A DNA stretch of 64,000 nt from the NCBI GenBank assembly GCA_043825735.1, contig JBDRRP010000086.1:11046-75045 (forward strand). The letters are read 5' to 3'. Numbering within the stretch: position 1 is the first letter of the stretch; the number at the start of each line of letters is the position of its first letter. The position numbers were made by a program, and so were the translations under genes. Shown in pieces: positions 19,799 through 28,727 of this stretch. The notes below the pieces were generated by a model. It saw only the letters and a program-made list of their open reading frames with translations, did no database searches and had not been told where the DNA came from. The stretch is from Pseudomonadota bacterium (GTDB lineage Bacteria > Desulfobacterota > Desulfobacteria > Desulfobacterales > JBDRRP01).

Positions 19799-20018
19799 GA
19801 TCCCAGTCCATTTCAGTCAGGGGGTTGGTGAGGTCGCAGTGGATTTTGACATCGGCCAGTACCGGGTCGATGTTCAGCCGGTTTTTGGGTGTGTGGGGAA
19901 CCAAGTCGGCGATGGGTTTCCCGTTGCGGCAGATGGTGAATTTTTCCCCTTTGAGTTCAATCTGCTGCAGTATGGCCGAAAGGTTCGTTTTGGTTTCATG
20001 TACATTCAGGGCTTTCAT
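19791..20018 (-). CDS. Phd/YefM-family antitoxin
   Basis: MKALNVHETKTNLSAIL..GEKFTICRNGKPIADLVP; overlaps the toxin start. Confidence 0.9.
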   Translation of the reverse strand: MKALNVHETKTNLSAILQQIELKGEKFTICRNGKPIADLVPHTPKNRLNIDPVLADVKIHCDLTNPLTEMDWDLD

Positions 20019-20072
20019 TGGTGGAAAACCTCCCAAGGCTCGTTGAGTATCCCCGTGTCTGACGGCATGCTC

Positions 20073-20101
20073 AAGTTAGTCCATTGGGTCCACCGTGTCA
20101 A
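20073..20101 (-). promoter_or_regulatory. Sigma70 promoter of the Phd/VapC operon
   Basis: TTGACA-17 nt-TAACTT on the minus strand, with repeated TGGAC in the spacer. Confidence 0.6.
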
Positions 20102-20236
20102 CGACCCCTTGTGCATGTTGATCCGGCCGGTGCGCGCGGATCTCTTGAGAGCCTGAATGGCGGGGGCAGGGGCGTCCATCGCGTGTCGTTAAAAAGCGGT
20201 TGTCTTCAGTCTTATCCAATGGTACGGCCATGCCCC

Positions 20237-21077
20237 ATGAAAAAGAATCCACCGGCCGACCCCACGGGTTTAGAAGGCATCGATCGCATCGAATTTCACC
20301 GGCATGGATTCGCCCTGGTCCCTGACACCATGTCGCCCGATGGCCCGGTCGCCGTCTGGATCGGCGCCCTCGGCCGATCCCCCGAGCAGCGTTTTTGCTC
20401 CTGCACGCGTTCATGGAATTCGGCGCTGCCGGGTGCCGGCTTCACCCGGAAATCGACCCCGCCAGCGGGCGGTTCACGCTGATGGGGAAAACCCATGATC
20501 ACGCGCGCCTTTTCACCCTGGCGGTGCCGCGGGAAAAGGTGCAGCGGGTCCTTGCCGCGATTCAACCGGCCTTGGCCGCCGAAAGCGCCTTTAAAATCGT
20601 GCCCGGCAGACTTTGGGCCTTTGGCAAGGTCATCCGGGAAGCCGTCGCGTCCCAGGGAAGAGGGCTGGTGGCGGCATTGGCGGATGAAGCCACGCCGGTG
20701 CCTTACATACATGTGTTCGCCCTTCTCAACCTGCTCAAGCAGATCTGCAACCACCCGGCCCTGGCATTGAAGGCGGCGGATCAGGCTGAGCGTTACGCGT
20801 CGGGCAAATGGGATCTGTTCACCGAGCTTTTGGCCGAGGGACTGGACAGCGGCCAGAAGATCGTCGTCTACAGCCAGTACCTGGATATGATCCGGATCAT
20901 CACCGCCCACCTGGCCGATTTGAACGTGGACTTTGTATCCCTGACCGGCGCCAGCCGCGGCCGCGGGGATACCATCGCGCGGTTCCAAAATGACGCGGCC
21001 TGCCGTGTCATTGTGTGCAGTCTGAAGGCCGGCGGTGTGGGAATCGATCTCGTCGCGGCCTCCATGGTGATCCATGG
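20237..21077 (+). pseudogene. Internally deleted, frameshifted SNF2-family helicase remnant
   Basis: N-terminal piece with FCSC (SWIM-like), then a frame change to LLKQICNHP, SGKWDLF, KIVVYSQY, FQND, SLKAGGVGIDLVAASMVIH. The ATPase N-lobe and motif VI are missing. Confidence 0.75.
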
Positions 21078-21125
21078 GAATTCGGATTGCAATTCCGAAT
21101 TTTCAGCGACGCTTACTGGAACACC

Positions 21126-21212
21126 ATGGTCCGTCAGCTTCCGCCGTGGTATGAGCACCTCGGTGAGTGCCATGTGAAAGCACCCAGGATCTACCTGAGG
21201 GATTCCATATTC
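21126..21212 (+). pseudogene. Short fragment resembling AAA+ ATPase/DUF4143 proteins
   Basis: MVRQLPPWYEHLGECHVKAPRIYLRDS resembles the recalled VRQLQPW.EN.GKR.VKSPKIYLRDSG segment. Confidence 0.5.
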
Positions 21213-21213
21213 G

Positions 21214-22464
21214 ATGACTATTATCAAAGATACCAGCCGTAGCGGGTTTAAGGAATTGTTCAGGCCCCTGGCCGCGGTGCTCTTCAGCCGGCTGGTGCTC
21301 AACACGGCCCGGCGCTTTGCCTACCCGTTCGCCCCGGTGCTCAGCCGCGGGCTCGGGGTGCCGCTGTCGGCCATGACGGCGCTGATCGCCGTCAACCAGG
21401 CCACCGGGGTGCTGGCCATATTTTTCGGGCCCCTGTCGGACCGCATCGGCTACCGGCGGATGATGATGATCGCGCTGACCCTGCTGATCCTCGGGATGGC
21501 CGTGGGCGGGGCGTTTCCGGTCTATGTCGCCGTGCTGGCCGCACTGTTTGCCGCCGGGATGGCCAAAAATGTCTACGATGCCGCGGTTCAGGCTTACGTG
21601 GGCGAGCGGGTGCCCTTTCACCGGCGCGGCGCGGCCATCGGGCTCATCGAGCTGAGCTGGGCGGCGAGCACCTTTATCGGGGTGCCCGTTTTGGGGCTCG
21701 CCATCGCCCGCTTCGGCTGGCGCTCGCCGTTTTTCATTCTGGCCATGGCCGGCATGGTGGGGCTGGCGGCCACCTTCCGGTGGATTTCGCCGGACCGTAG
21801 TGATGCCGGGGCTCCGGATATCGTCAGAAGCTCTCCGCTGAAAGCGGTTGTTGGGCTGTTTCGCCACCGAACGGCATTGGGGGCCATGGGGTTTGCTTTC
21901 TTTATCAGCGCGGCCAATGACAATATTTTCGTGGTTTACGGGGCCTGGCTGGAGTCGTCCTTTGACCTCGGGGTGGCGGCCCTGGGCATGAGCACCATGG
22001 CCATCGGCGGCGCCGAGCTGTGCGGTGAAGTGCTCACCGCCACCCTGGCCGACCGGCTGGGCCTGAAGCGCGCCGTCCTTTTGGGTACGGTTTTAACAGC
22101 CGCGGCATTTGTGCTGCTCCCCTTTGCCGGGGCGTCATTGCCGCTGGCGCTGGGCGCGCTTTTCATTTTATTTCTGTGCTTTGAGTTTACGATCGTATCT
22201 GCCCTGACCCTTGGCACCGAACTGATGCCCGAGGCCCGGGCCACTATGATGGCCGGTTTTCTGGCGATGGCCGGCATCGGTCGTTTCGTGGGCGCGCTGG
22301 CGGGCGGGGTGGCATGGACGTACGGAGGACTGCGTTTTACGGCGGTGCTTTCCATGGTTACGACGCTTCTGGCCCTTGCTTCATTGGCCTGGGGGCTGCG
22401 GCATTGGGAAAGGGAAGGGGCCGAGGGTTCAAGGGGCCCAGGGTCCAAGGAGACAACGACATAA
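21214..22464 (+). CDS. MFS transporter
   Basis: About 12 TMs; motif A GPLSDRIGYRR and its repeat LADRLGLKR. Confidence 0.9.
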   Translation: MTIIKDTSRSGFKELFRPLAAVLFSRLVLNTARRFAYPFAPVLSRGLGVPLSAMTALIAVNQATGVLAIFFGPLSDRIGYRRMMMIALTLLILGMAVGGAFPVYVAVLAALFAAGMAKNVYDAAVQAYVGERVPFHRRGAAIGLIELSWAASTFIGVPVLGLAIARFGWRSPFFILAMAGMVGLAATFRWISPDRSDAGAPDIVRSSPLKAVVGLFRHRTALGAMGFAFFISAANDNIFVVYGAWLESSFDLGVAALGMSTMAIGGAELCGEVLTATLADRLGLKRAVLLGTVLTAAAFVLLPFAGASLPLALGALFILFLCFEFTIVSALTLGTELMPEARATMMAGFLAMAGIGRFVGALAGGVAWTYGGLRFTAVLSMVTTLLALASLAWGLRHWEREGAEGSRGPGSKETTT

Positions 22465-22691
22465 CGGCAAAAACCGATTATCGCGCCAAGCCGCAGAGCG
22501 CGCCAAGGAAATCGAACTTAGAACTTCGAACGTCCAACGTCGAATGATGAATGAAAAGAAAAACGACGGAGTGGCATTAGATGGCTGTCGATGGGTTTTT
22601 CATTCGACGTTCAATGTTCAGCGTTCGATGTTGGACGTTCATCGGTTAAAGGGTTCAACGTTCAATATGACTTTTCGACCCCTTGGACTCT
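22415..22691. repeat. Nested inverted arrays of short tandem units (8-mer AGGG(G/T)(T/C)CA outside, 7-mer GAAC(G/A)T(C/T) inside)
   Basis: 8-mer arms at 22415-22450 and 22674-22691; 7-mer arms at 22511-22557 and 22597-22642. Confidence 0.7.
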
Positions 22692-22744
22692 GTTCACCGA
22701 TGGTCCATCGGGGCCACAATTTTTCAACGTGAAGACTGGAGCCA

Positions 22745-23740
22745 ATGAGCTATTCCATCCCTTCCCCCCGCCTCATTCTCGCCCCGATCCGGGGGATTAC
22801 CGACGGCATATACCGCAGCATCGCCGCCGAGTGTTTCGGCGGGTTCGATGCAGCCATGGCGCCGTTTGTCACCACGGTGTCGGCGGCGAACATACCGTCG
22901 GCTTTTTTGCGGGACCTGGCACCGGAGAAAAACACCGCTCTGCCGGTGGAGCCCCAGCTGTTGGGAAAATCCGCCGCCGATTTTCTGCGCATGGCAAAGC
23001 GGCTGTTCGATCAAGGATACGAGAGCGTGAACCTCAACATGGGCTGCCCCTTTCCCCGGGTGGCCAACAAGGGGCGGGGGTCGGGCATGCTGCCGGACCC
23101 GGACGGCGTGGCGCGGTTTCTGGACGAAACGGCCGCCCGCCTGCCCGGGCGCCTGAGCATCAAGCTGCGCCTGGGGCGCACCGATGCCGCGGAGATTATC
23201 AACCTCATGCCGGTGCTCAACCGCTTTCCCCTGGCAGCGCTGACCATTCATCCCCGGCTGGGCACTCAGATGTATGACGGCCGCCCGGACCTGGAGATAT
23301 TTGCCCGCTGCCTGGAGATGTCCCGCCATCCGGTCATCTACAACGGCGACATCAACGCCGTCGGCGACTGGGAGGTTTTGGCCGGGCGGTTTCCGACGGT
23401 GGCCGGCTGGATGATCGGCCGGGGTGCCCTGAGCGATCCGTTTCTGGCCTCGGCCATCAAGGCGGGCCCGGTGGCCTATCCCCCGGATCCGGCAGATGCC
23501 ATCCGGGAGTTCCATCAGGCGCTGCTGGATGCCTACCAGGAGCGACTCAGTGGGCCCGGCCACCTGCTCGACCGCATGAAGGGGCTCTGGCAGTACCTGT
23601 CGGTCAGGTTTGCCGACCGGGGCGCGCTGCTCAAGGCGGTGCAGAAATGCCGGCGCCTGGATCTCTACGAAGATGCGGTGGCACGGTTTTTTGACGGCCG
23701 CCCGCAGTGGACGCCCTTGCCGCCGGCCGACTGGCGTTGA
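22745..23740 (+). CDS. tRNA-dihydrouridine synthase family protein
   Basis: LILAPIRGITD, NLNMGCP, SIKLRLG, TIHPR, IYNGDI, MIGRGAL. Confidence 0.92.
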   Translation: MSYSIPSPRLILAPIRGITDGIYRSIAAECFGGFDAAMAPFVTTVSAANIPSAFLRDLAPEKNTALPVEPQLLGKSAADFLRMAKRLFDQGYESVNLNMGCPFPRVANKGRGSGMLPDPDGVARFLDETAARLPGRLSIKLRLGRTDAAEIINLMPVLNRFPLAALTIHPRLGTQMYDGRPDLEIFARCLEMSRHPVIYNGDINAVGDWEVLAGRFPTVAGWMIGRGALSDPFLASAIKAGPVAYPPDPADAIREFHQALLDAYQERLSGPGHLLDRMKGLWQYLSVRFADRGALLKAVQKCRRLDLYEDAVARFFDGRPQWTPLPPADWR

Positions 23741-23764
23741 CAGCCCGCAGATGGGTGCCATAAT
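23737..23764 (+). promoter_or_regulatory. Sigma70 promoter candidate for the rubrerythrin-like gene
   Basis: TTGACA-16 nt-CATAAT with an extended -10 TG. Confidence 0.5.
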
Positions 23765-23820
23765 GGGCTTCCTGGGATGTGGAATAAGTTAAAATGGGCG
23801 CCTCTGAATTCATTGGGAAA

Positions 23821-24038
23821 AGGGTCCGAGGGGTCAAGGGGCCAAGGGTTCAAGTGACGGCATTGGGCGTTATTCAGTAATCTTGCAGCCGGCAGCCGAT
23901 CCTCGCAGAATGTCAGCGGTGAGATCAAAGGGCACCCTCAATGCAGTTGGCCCAAAGCCTTGCTGTCCGCAGACTTATTTTGATGTTCTCTATTTTGTTT
24001 TTTACTCGACCCCTTGACCCCTCGGACCCTTGGCCCCT
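23821..24038. repeat. Inverted pair of 8-mer tandem arrays enclosing ~150 bp
   Basis: AGGGTCCG AGGGGTCA AGGGGCCA AGGGTTCA at 23821-23852; complementary array at 24004-24038. Confidence 0.75.
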
Positions 24039-24085
24039 ATTCATCGACCAACTCTTTGGTAGAGGATCCGGAAAGGAAAAGACCG

Positions 24086-24589
24086 ATGACACTCGAAGAA
24101 GCACTGCGCACCGCGCTGTCATACGAAACCCGCATCCGGGACATGTACCGGGATTCCGCCGGTGAACTTGGCGACCCCATCGGCAGGAAAGTCTTTCTGG
24201 CGCTGGCCGACGACGAGCAGCGCCATGTGGATTACCTGGAAAGCCGCCTGGCCATCTGGGAGGAAAAAGGGGTGCTCGACCTTGCCGCGCTGGAGACCAT
24301 CGTGCCGTCGGCGGAAACGCTGAAACGGGAAATGGCAAAGCTTGCGGCTCTAAAGCCGGGGAAAAGCCTGGGAGATGAAAAACGCGTGCTCAGCCGCGCA
24401 CTGGCCATGGAAGTGGAAACCAGCGATTTTTACCGATCGTTGACCCAAACACTGGAAAGCCCCGGCCGGGAGCTGTTCGCCCGCTTCCAGGAAATAGAGG
24501 ACGGCCACATCGCCACCGTCCAGGCCGAGCTCGATTACCTCAGTCACTCCGGTTTCTGGTTCGATTTTCAGGAGTTCGACATGGAATAA
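24086..24589 (+). CDS. Rubrerythrin/ferritin-like di-iron protein
   Basis: ALSYE..LADDEQRH..ALAMEVET..EIEDGH ligand pattern; AAGGA RBS. Confidence 0.85.
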   Translation: MTLEEALRTALSYETRIRDMYRDSAGELGDPIGRKVFLALADDEQRHVDYLESRLAIWEEKGVLDLAALETIVPSAETLKREMAKLAALKPGKSLGDEKRVLSRALAMEVETSDFYRSLTQTLESPGRELFARFQEIEDGHIATVQAELDYLSHSGFWFDFQEFDME

Positions 24590-24611
24590 AGCGGCGTGCC
24601 GCCGTTTTATA

Positions 24612-24941
24612 TTAGAGGGCGAAAAGACGTTGCAGGACGGAAAGGACTGCCGTCTGGGTTTCTGGGTCGATGGATCCGAGTTTTTTAATCAGCCGCGATT
24701 TGTCCACTGTTCGGATCTGATCCAATACGATCTGACCGTGTTTTCGTTTAAACCGGCAGGACACGCGTGTCGGATAATCCCTGCCGGCCGTGGTCATCGG
24801 CGCGATGATTACGGTTTGGATATGCAGGTTCATCTCATCGGGGGAAACGATCAGGCAGGGGCGTGTTTTTCTGATCTCGGAGCCGGCTGTGGGATCGAGG
24901 CTGACCAGAAACACGTCGAATCGCTTCGCTACCATTGCCAT
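24612..24941 (-). CDS. mazF: MazF/PemK toxin
   Basis: LDPTAGSEIRKTRPCLIVSPDE, APMT, DQIRTVDKSRL. Confidence 0.93.
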   Translation of the reverse strand: MAMVAKRFDVFLVSLDPTAGSEIRKTRPCLIVSPDEMNLHIQTVIIAPMTTAGRDYPTRVSCRFKRKHGQIVLDQIRTVDKSRLIKKLGSIDPETQTAVLSVLQRLFAL

Positions 24942-25183
24942 TCCGAGCTGTCCCATTCATTTGAAATGCCATCGGCCCCGTCAATGACGGCATCGTCGCC
25001 GGAAGCTGCCATGGATTGAAATGCCTTGTCCCAGCCGGCTCTCGGCTCTGACACGCCGTGGATGACAATTCGGTTGCCATCCACGGCAAGCTCGACATCG
25101 CCACTGATACCAGTCTGATCCAGCATCGCTTTTGGAAGGCGAATCCCCTTTGAATTTCCTATTTTTACAATGCGCGCGCGCAT
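24929..25183 (-). CDS. mazE: MazE/AbrB-type antitoxin
   Basis: IVKIGNSKGIRLPK; overlaps the toxin start. Confidence 0.92.
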   Translation of the reverse strand: MRARIVKIGNSKGIRLPKAMLDQTGISGDVELAVDGNRIVIHGVSEPRAGWDKAFQSMAASGDDAVIDGADGISNEWDSSEWQW

Positions 25184-25213
25184 AATGGGGCTCCATCAAT
25201 GTGTTGTGGGCAC

Positions 25214-25242
25214 ATTGTAATTACAATCCCAGGTTGCGTCAA
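25214..25242 (-). promoter_or_regulatory. Sigma70 promoter of mazEF with an overlapping palindromic operator
   Basis: TTGACG-17 nt-TACAAT; perfect 14-bp palindrome ATTGTAATTACAAT (25214-25227) over the -10 box. Confidence 0.72.
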
Positions 25243-25254
25243 GCGGGCTTTCGG

Positions 25255-26130
25255 TCAGATTTGCGCCGCCACATCCACCATTACCGACAGCTGGTGCACA
25301 CCGCCGCCCATGACAACGCCTTTTACCGGGGTCACATCGCCGTAGTCCCGGCCCCAGGCGATGGTGATATGGTGCTCGCCGGCCATGACGTTGTTGGTGG
25401 GATCCAGATCCACCCATCCGGTATCGGGTACGTACAGGGAGATCCAGGCATGGGATGCGTCCGCGCCCACCAGTTTGGGTTTTCCCGGCGGCGGCAGCGT
25501 TTCCAGATAACCGCTCACATAACGTGCCGCCAGCCCCAGTGATCGCAGACAGCTGATGGCCACGTGGGCGAAATCCTGACACACCCCTTTTCGCTCTGCC
25601 AGCACCTGCGCCACCGTGGTGTCCACGGTGGTGGCCGTCTTGTCGTAGGTGAATTCGGTGAAAATCCGCCCCATCAGATCCACAGCGCCGGCCAGCACGG
25701 GCGCCCCCGGCGGAAAAGAGCGCTGCGCATAGTCCCTGGCGCCGGGCAAAACCGTTACCAGCGGGCTGGCAAAAACAAACTGATAGGCATCGAGCAGCGC
25801 CGGGTGATGATGCGCGCAAAGCCTCTCGGCCACACGCTCCCAGGGTGGCGTGATCTCGGGTGCCGGCGGGCCGGGCGGACTCACGTCCACCTCACTGGTG
25901 GTGGTCATGACCAAATCGTTGTGTGGATGCTGCACCATGAAGACCTCGACGATGTTGCCGAAGTAATCGGTCCGGCGGTGCCGGTATTGGGGGGCCGGGA
26001 CAATTGTCAACCGGCTGTTGATCACCCGCTGCGTACCGGTCTCACGGGGGTGAAGGAACAGTTCGTTCTGGGAGAGCGAGGCCGGCTCGGAATAGCGGTA
26101 GGCCGTTTTATGGGAGATGCGGTATTTCAT
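25255..26130 (-). CDS. Transglutaminase-like protein
   Basis: YRISHKTAYRY N-domain; GVCQDFAH, ARYVSGY, SHAW, LDPTN (Cys-His-Asp triad). Confidence 0.92.
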   Translation of the reverse strand: MKYRISHKTAYRYSEPASLSQNELFLHPRETGTQRVINSRLTIVPAPQYRHRRTDYFGNIVEVFMVQHPHNDLVMTTTSEVDVSPPGPPAPEITPPWERVAERLCAHHHPALLDAYQFVFASPLVTVLPGARDYAQRSFPPGAPVLAGAVDLMGRIFTEFTYDKTATTVDTTVAQVLAERKGVCQDFAHVAISCLRSLGLAARYVSGYLETLPPPGKPKLVGADASHAWISLYVPDTGWVDLDPTNNVMAGEHHITIAWGRDYGDVTPVKGVVMGGGVHQLSVMVDVAAQI

Positions 26131-28655
26131 GGCGTGCGGCTATTGCGAATTATTGAAAAATGCGGCGTTTCCGGCACCCGGCTCAGGTAGTGGGCACTGA
26201 TCTGCTGGGAGAACGCCTTGAGCACGGTGGCCATGGATTCGAGAAACGCTGCCAACGGTTCATGTTCGACACCGGCCTCGCCGCATTCCAGGCCGGTGAG
26301 ATCCACCAGGCGCACGGCAGTGAGCATCTCAAGGGCCAGGCGCTCCTCGGGGCTGGAGAAGCGCCGGTCGCTTTCGCGGGGCAGGTGTTCCACGTGGGCG
26401 GCCAACTGGCTGAACTGGAAGGCCAACGATTTGGGGTTGCTCTCATCCATGAGCAGCAGGTCCAGCACCGGCGCCAGTTGAAATGCCGATCGGTAGCGGG
26501 CCCGGTAGGTCATGATGCTGTCAGAGACCTCCAGCAGCGCCTCCAGCGCGCCCCGGGATTCAACGCAAATCCGGGCCAGCCCGGTGCGGATCAGGCTGGT
26601 CTGGTTCATGGCCCGCTCAACACGGCGTCCCATGTCCATAAAGCGCCACCCCAGGCCCCGGGTCATGCTTTCCATGGCAAGGCCGCTAAAGGCGCTCAGG
26701 GTAAACAGCGTGTCGTCCAGAAGTTCCAGCGGATCGCTGACCGGGGCGTCGGCAAAGCCCTCCAACCGGTCGATCACACGCCAGGAGTCTAGGGAGAGTC
26801 GGTCTCGCACATTCCGGGCCGCCGCCTGCACTCGTTTGAGAATGGTCACCACGCTTTCAGGTCGATCCTTGCGGTACAGGGCGTCATTGAGCTGGGAAGA
26901 CAACTCCCTGTAAAGAGGGATGTCGTCATCGCCGTCGGAGACCGGGGGGATGGCTTTTTCCGCCCTGAGGAAATTGAGCAGAAACGATAGTTCAGGAATG
27001 TCCCCCGGGCGGGCTTCGCCGGAAAGACGGCGGAACACGGAGCGCAGCAGCCGGATCAGTCCTTCGGCGCGTTCCATGTACCGGCCCAGCCACAGAAGGT
27101 GGTCCGCCACCCGGCTGGGAAGATCGCTGCTGCGTCTAAACGCTGTCACCGCCTTGAGCCCGCCCATAAGACTGAACGGCGCCACCGGCTGGTCGGACAG
27201 CACCCAGATGTCTTTGCTCTGCTGCCGTTCCGGGCAGTCGTCCGTCAGGGTCTCGATATCGGCGGCGGTGATGGCAAGGCCGCCGGGCATCACGGCGAAG
27301 CCCTGCTCCGTGGCGCAGGCGAACACCCGCAGCAGGGCATAGCGGGAAGAAACGCCGCTTCGGTCCCAGGCGGGAACCGCCGCCGGACAGATCGCTTCTT
27401 GTGCCATGAAGGCGTGGGGACTGGACTGGATGGCTTCAGCGAGGGTCTCCGCGGCGGGGGTCACTGCTGACCGGTCCATGGCCGGGCCCACGCGAAGGCG
27501 CCCGAGATGCGCCAGGACGTGAGCCCGTCCCTCGGGGGCGCCGCACCACCAGGCCGGGTGATTTTCCAGCAAGAGGTCTTCCCCCATCAGTTGGCGGCAG
27601 AGTCCGGGCAAAAATACGGACAGGGCCGGCGTGTCCACGAATCCGCTGCCAATCGGGTTGACGATGTCGATTTTTTGTTCCCTGCAGGCCTGGATGAGTC
27701 CGGCCACGCCGGTTGCCGTTTCCCGTCGCAGGGCGAAGGGGTCGCTGCCGGCATCCTCGGTGTGCCGGAAGATGGCCTCCACCGGATCCAGGCCGGCCAG
27801 TTTTTTCAGAAACACTTCGCCGTTTCGCACGGTCAGGTCCTGGCCCTCCACCAGCGGATAACCCAGGTAGCGCGAGAGCAGGGCATGCTCGAAGTAAATG
27901 CGGCTGTCCGGACCCGGCGAGAGCAGCACGATGCCGGGGTCTTCCTGCCGAAGGGCGGCGCGCCGGATCAGCTCACTGTTAAAGATCTGGAACCATTGCG
28001 CCAGCCTGCGGATCTGGGTTTGGTGATACAGCTCGGGAAACACCCGAGAAATGACGATCCGGTTTTCCAGGGCGTAGCCGATACCGGCCGGATTGCCGCC
28101 GTAGTCTCGAAGCACCCGGAAGCGCCCGTCCGCACCCCGATACAGGTCGGCCGCGTAGTAGGTTAAAAACCGGTTTCCAGCCGGCTGGACACCGTGGCAT
28201 GCGTGCAGGAAATTGGGGTTGGCGAACACCAGTTCCGGCGGCACCTGGCCGCTGTTGAGAAGTTTCTGGGGGCCATAGGTGTCCGCCAGAATCTGGTCAA
28301 GGAGGCGCGCCCGCTGTATCAGGCCGGCTTCGAGTCCAGCCCATTCCCCTGCAGTCAGCGGCAGCGGGATCAGCTCCAGCGCCCAGGGGGTTCCGCCCCG
28401 GCCGGTGGGATCGTCAAAGGGATTGTAGGTGGCCCCATCCTCGTGTCGCATGCGCCGTGCCCGGTCCTGGCGATGCTTGAGCAAGTCAGGGCCCGTGGTG
28501 TCCAGCGCCGAGATGAGAGCTTGCCAGTGCTCACGAGGCTGTGCCGAGGGCATGAATGCCTCGCAGTAGGCATCGGGAGGAAACGCCACCGCCTCGAACA
28601 TGGATGCCGACGCCGGCGGATGTTCGCGCGGATCGGAAAGCTCTTTGTTGATCAT
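26127..28655 (-). CDS. Circularly permuted ATP-grasp type 2 + alpha-E (DUF403) fusion
   Basis: GYALENR, YFEHALL, LVEGQDL, VMPGGL, SKDIWV, then LWLGRYMERAE and GRRVERA. Confidence 0.9.
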   Translation of the reverse strand: MINKELSDPREHPPASASMFEAVAFPPDAYCEAFMPSAQPREHWQALISALDTTGPDLLKHRQDRARRMRHEDGATYNPFDDPTGRGGTPWALELIPLPLTAGEWAGLEAGLIQRARLLDQILADTYGPQKLLNSGQVPPELVFANPNFLHACHGVQPAGNRFLTYYAADLYRGADGRFRVLRDYGGNPAGIGYALENRIVISRVFPELYHQTQIRRLAQWFQIFNSELIRRAALRQEDPGIVLLSPGPDSRIYFEHALLSRYLGYPLVEGQDLTVRNGEVFLKKLAGLDPVEAIFRHTEDAGSDPFALRRETATGVAGLIQACREQKIDIVNPIGSGFVDTPALSVFLPGLCRQLMGEDLLLENHPAWWCGAPEGRAHVLAHLGRLRVGPAMDRSAVTPAAETLAEAIQSSPHAFMAQEAICPAAVPAWDRSGVSSRYALLRVFACATEQGFAVMPGGLAITAADIETLTDDCPERQQSKDIWVLSDQPVAPFSLMGGLKAVTAFRRSSDLPSRVADHLLWLGRYMERAEGLIRLLRSVFRRLSGEARPGDIPELSFLLNFLRAEKAIPPVSDGDDDIPLYRELSSQLNDALYRKDRPESVVTILKRVQAAARNVRDRLSLDSWRVIDRLEGFADAPVSDPLELLDDTLFTLSAFSGLAMESMTRGLGWRFMDMGRRVERAMNQTSLIRTGLARICVESRGALEALLEVSDSIMTYRARYRSAFQLAPVLDLLLMDESNPKSLAFQFSQLAAHVEHLPRESDRRFSSPEERLALEMLTAVRLVDLTGLECGEAGVEHEPLAAFLESMATVLKAFSQQISAHYLSRVPETPHFSIIRNSRTP

Positions 28656-28727
28656 GAAACGAATGCCTCGTGATCGCGGTTCCTGGAGCTGCCGGTGCGG
28701 CAGGCACCGGCAGCCGATTTAAACCGA

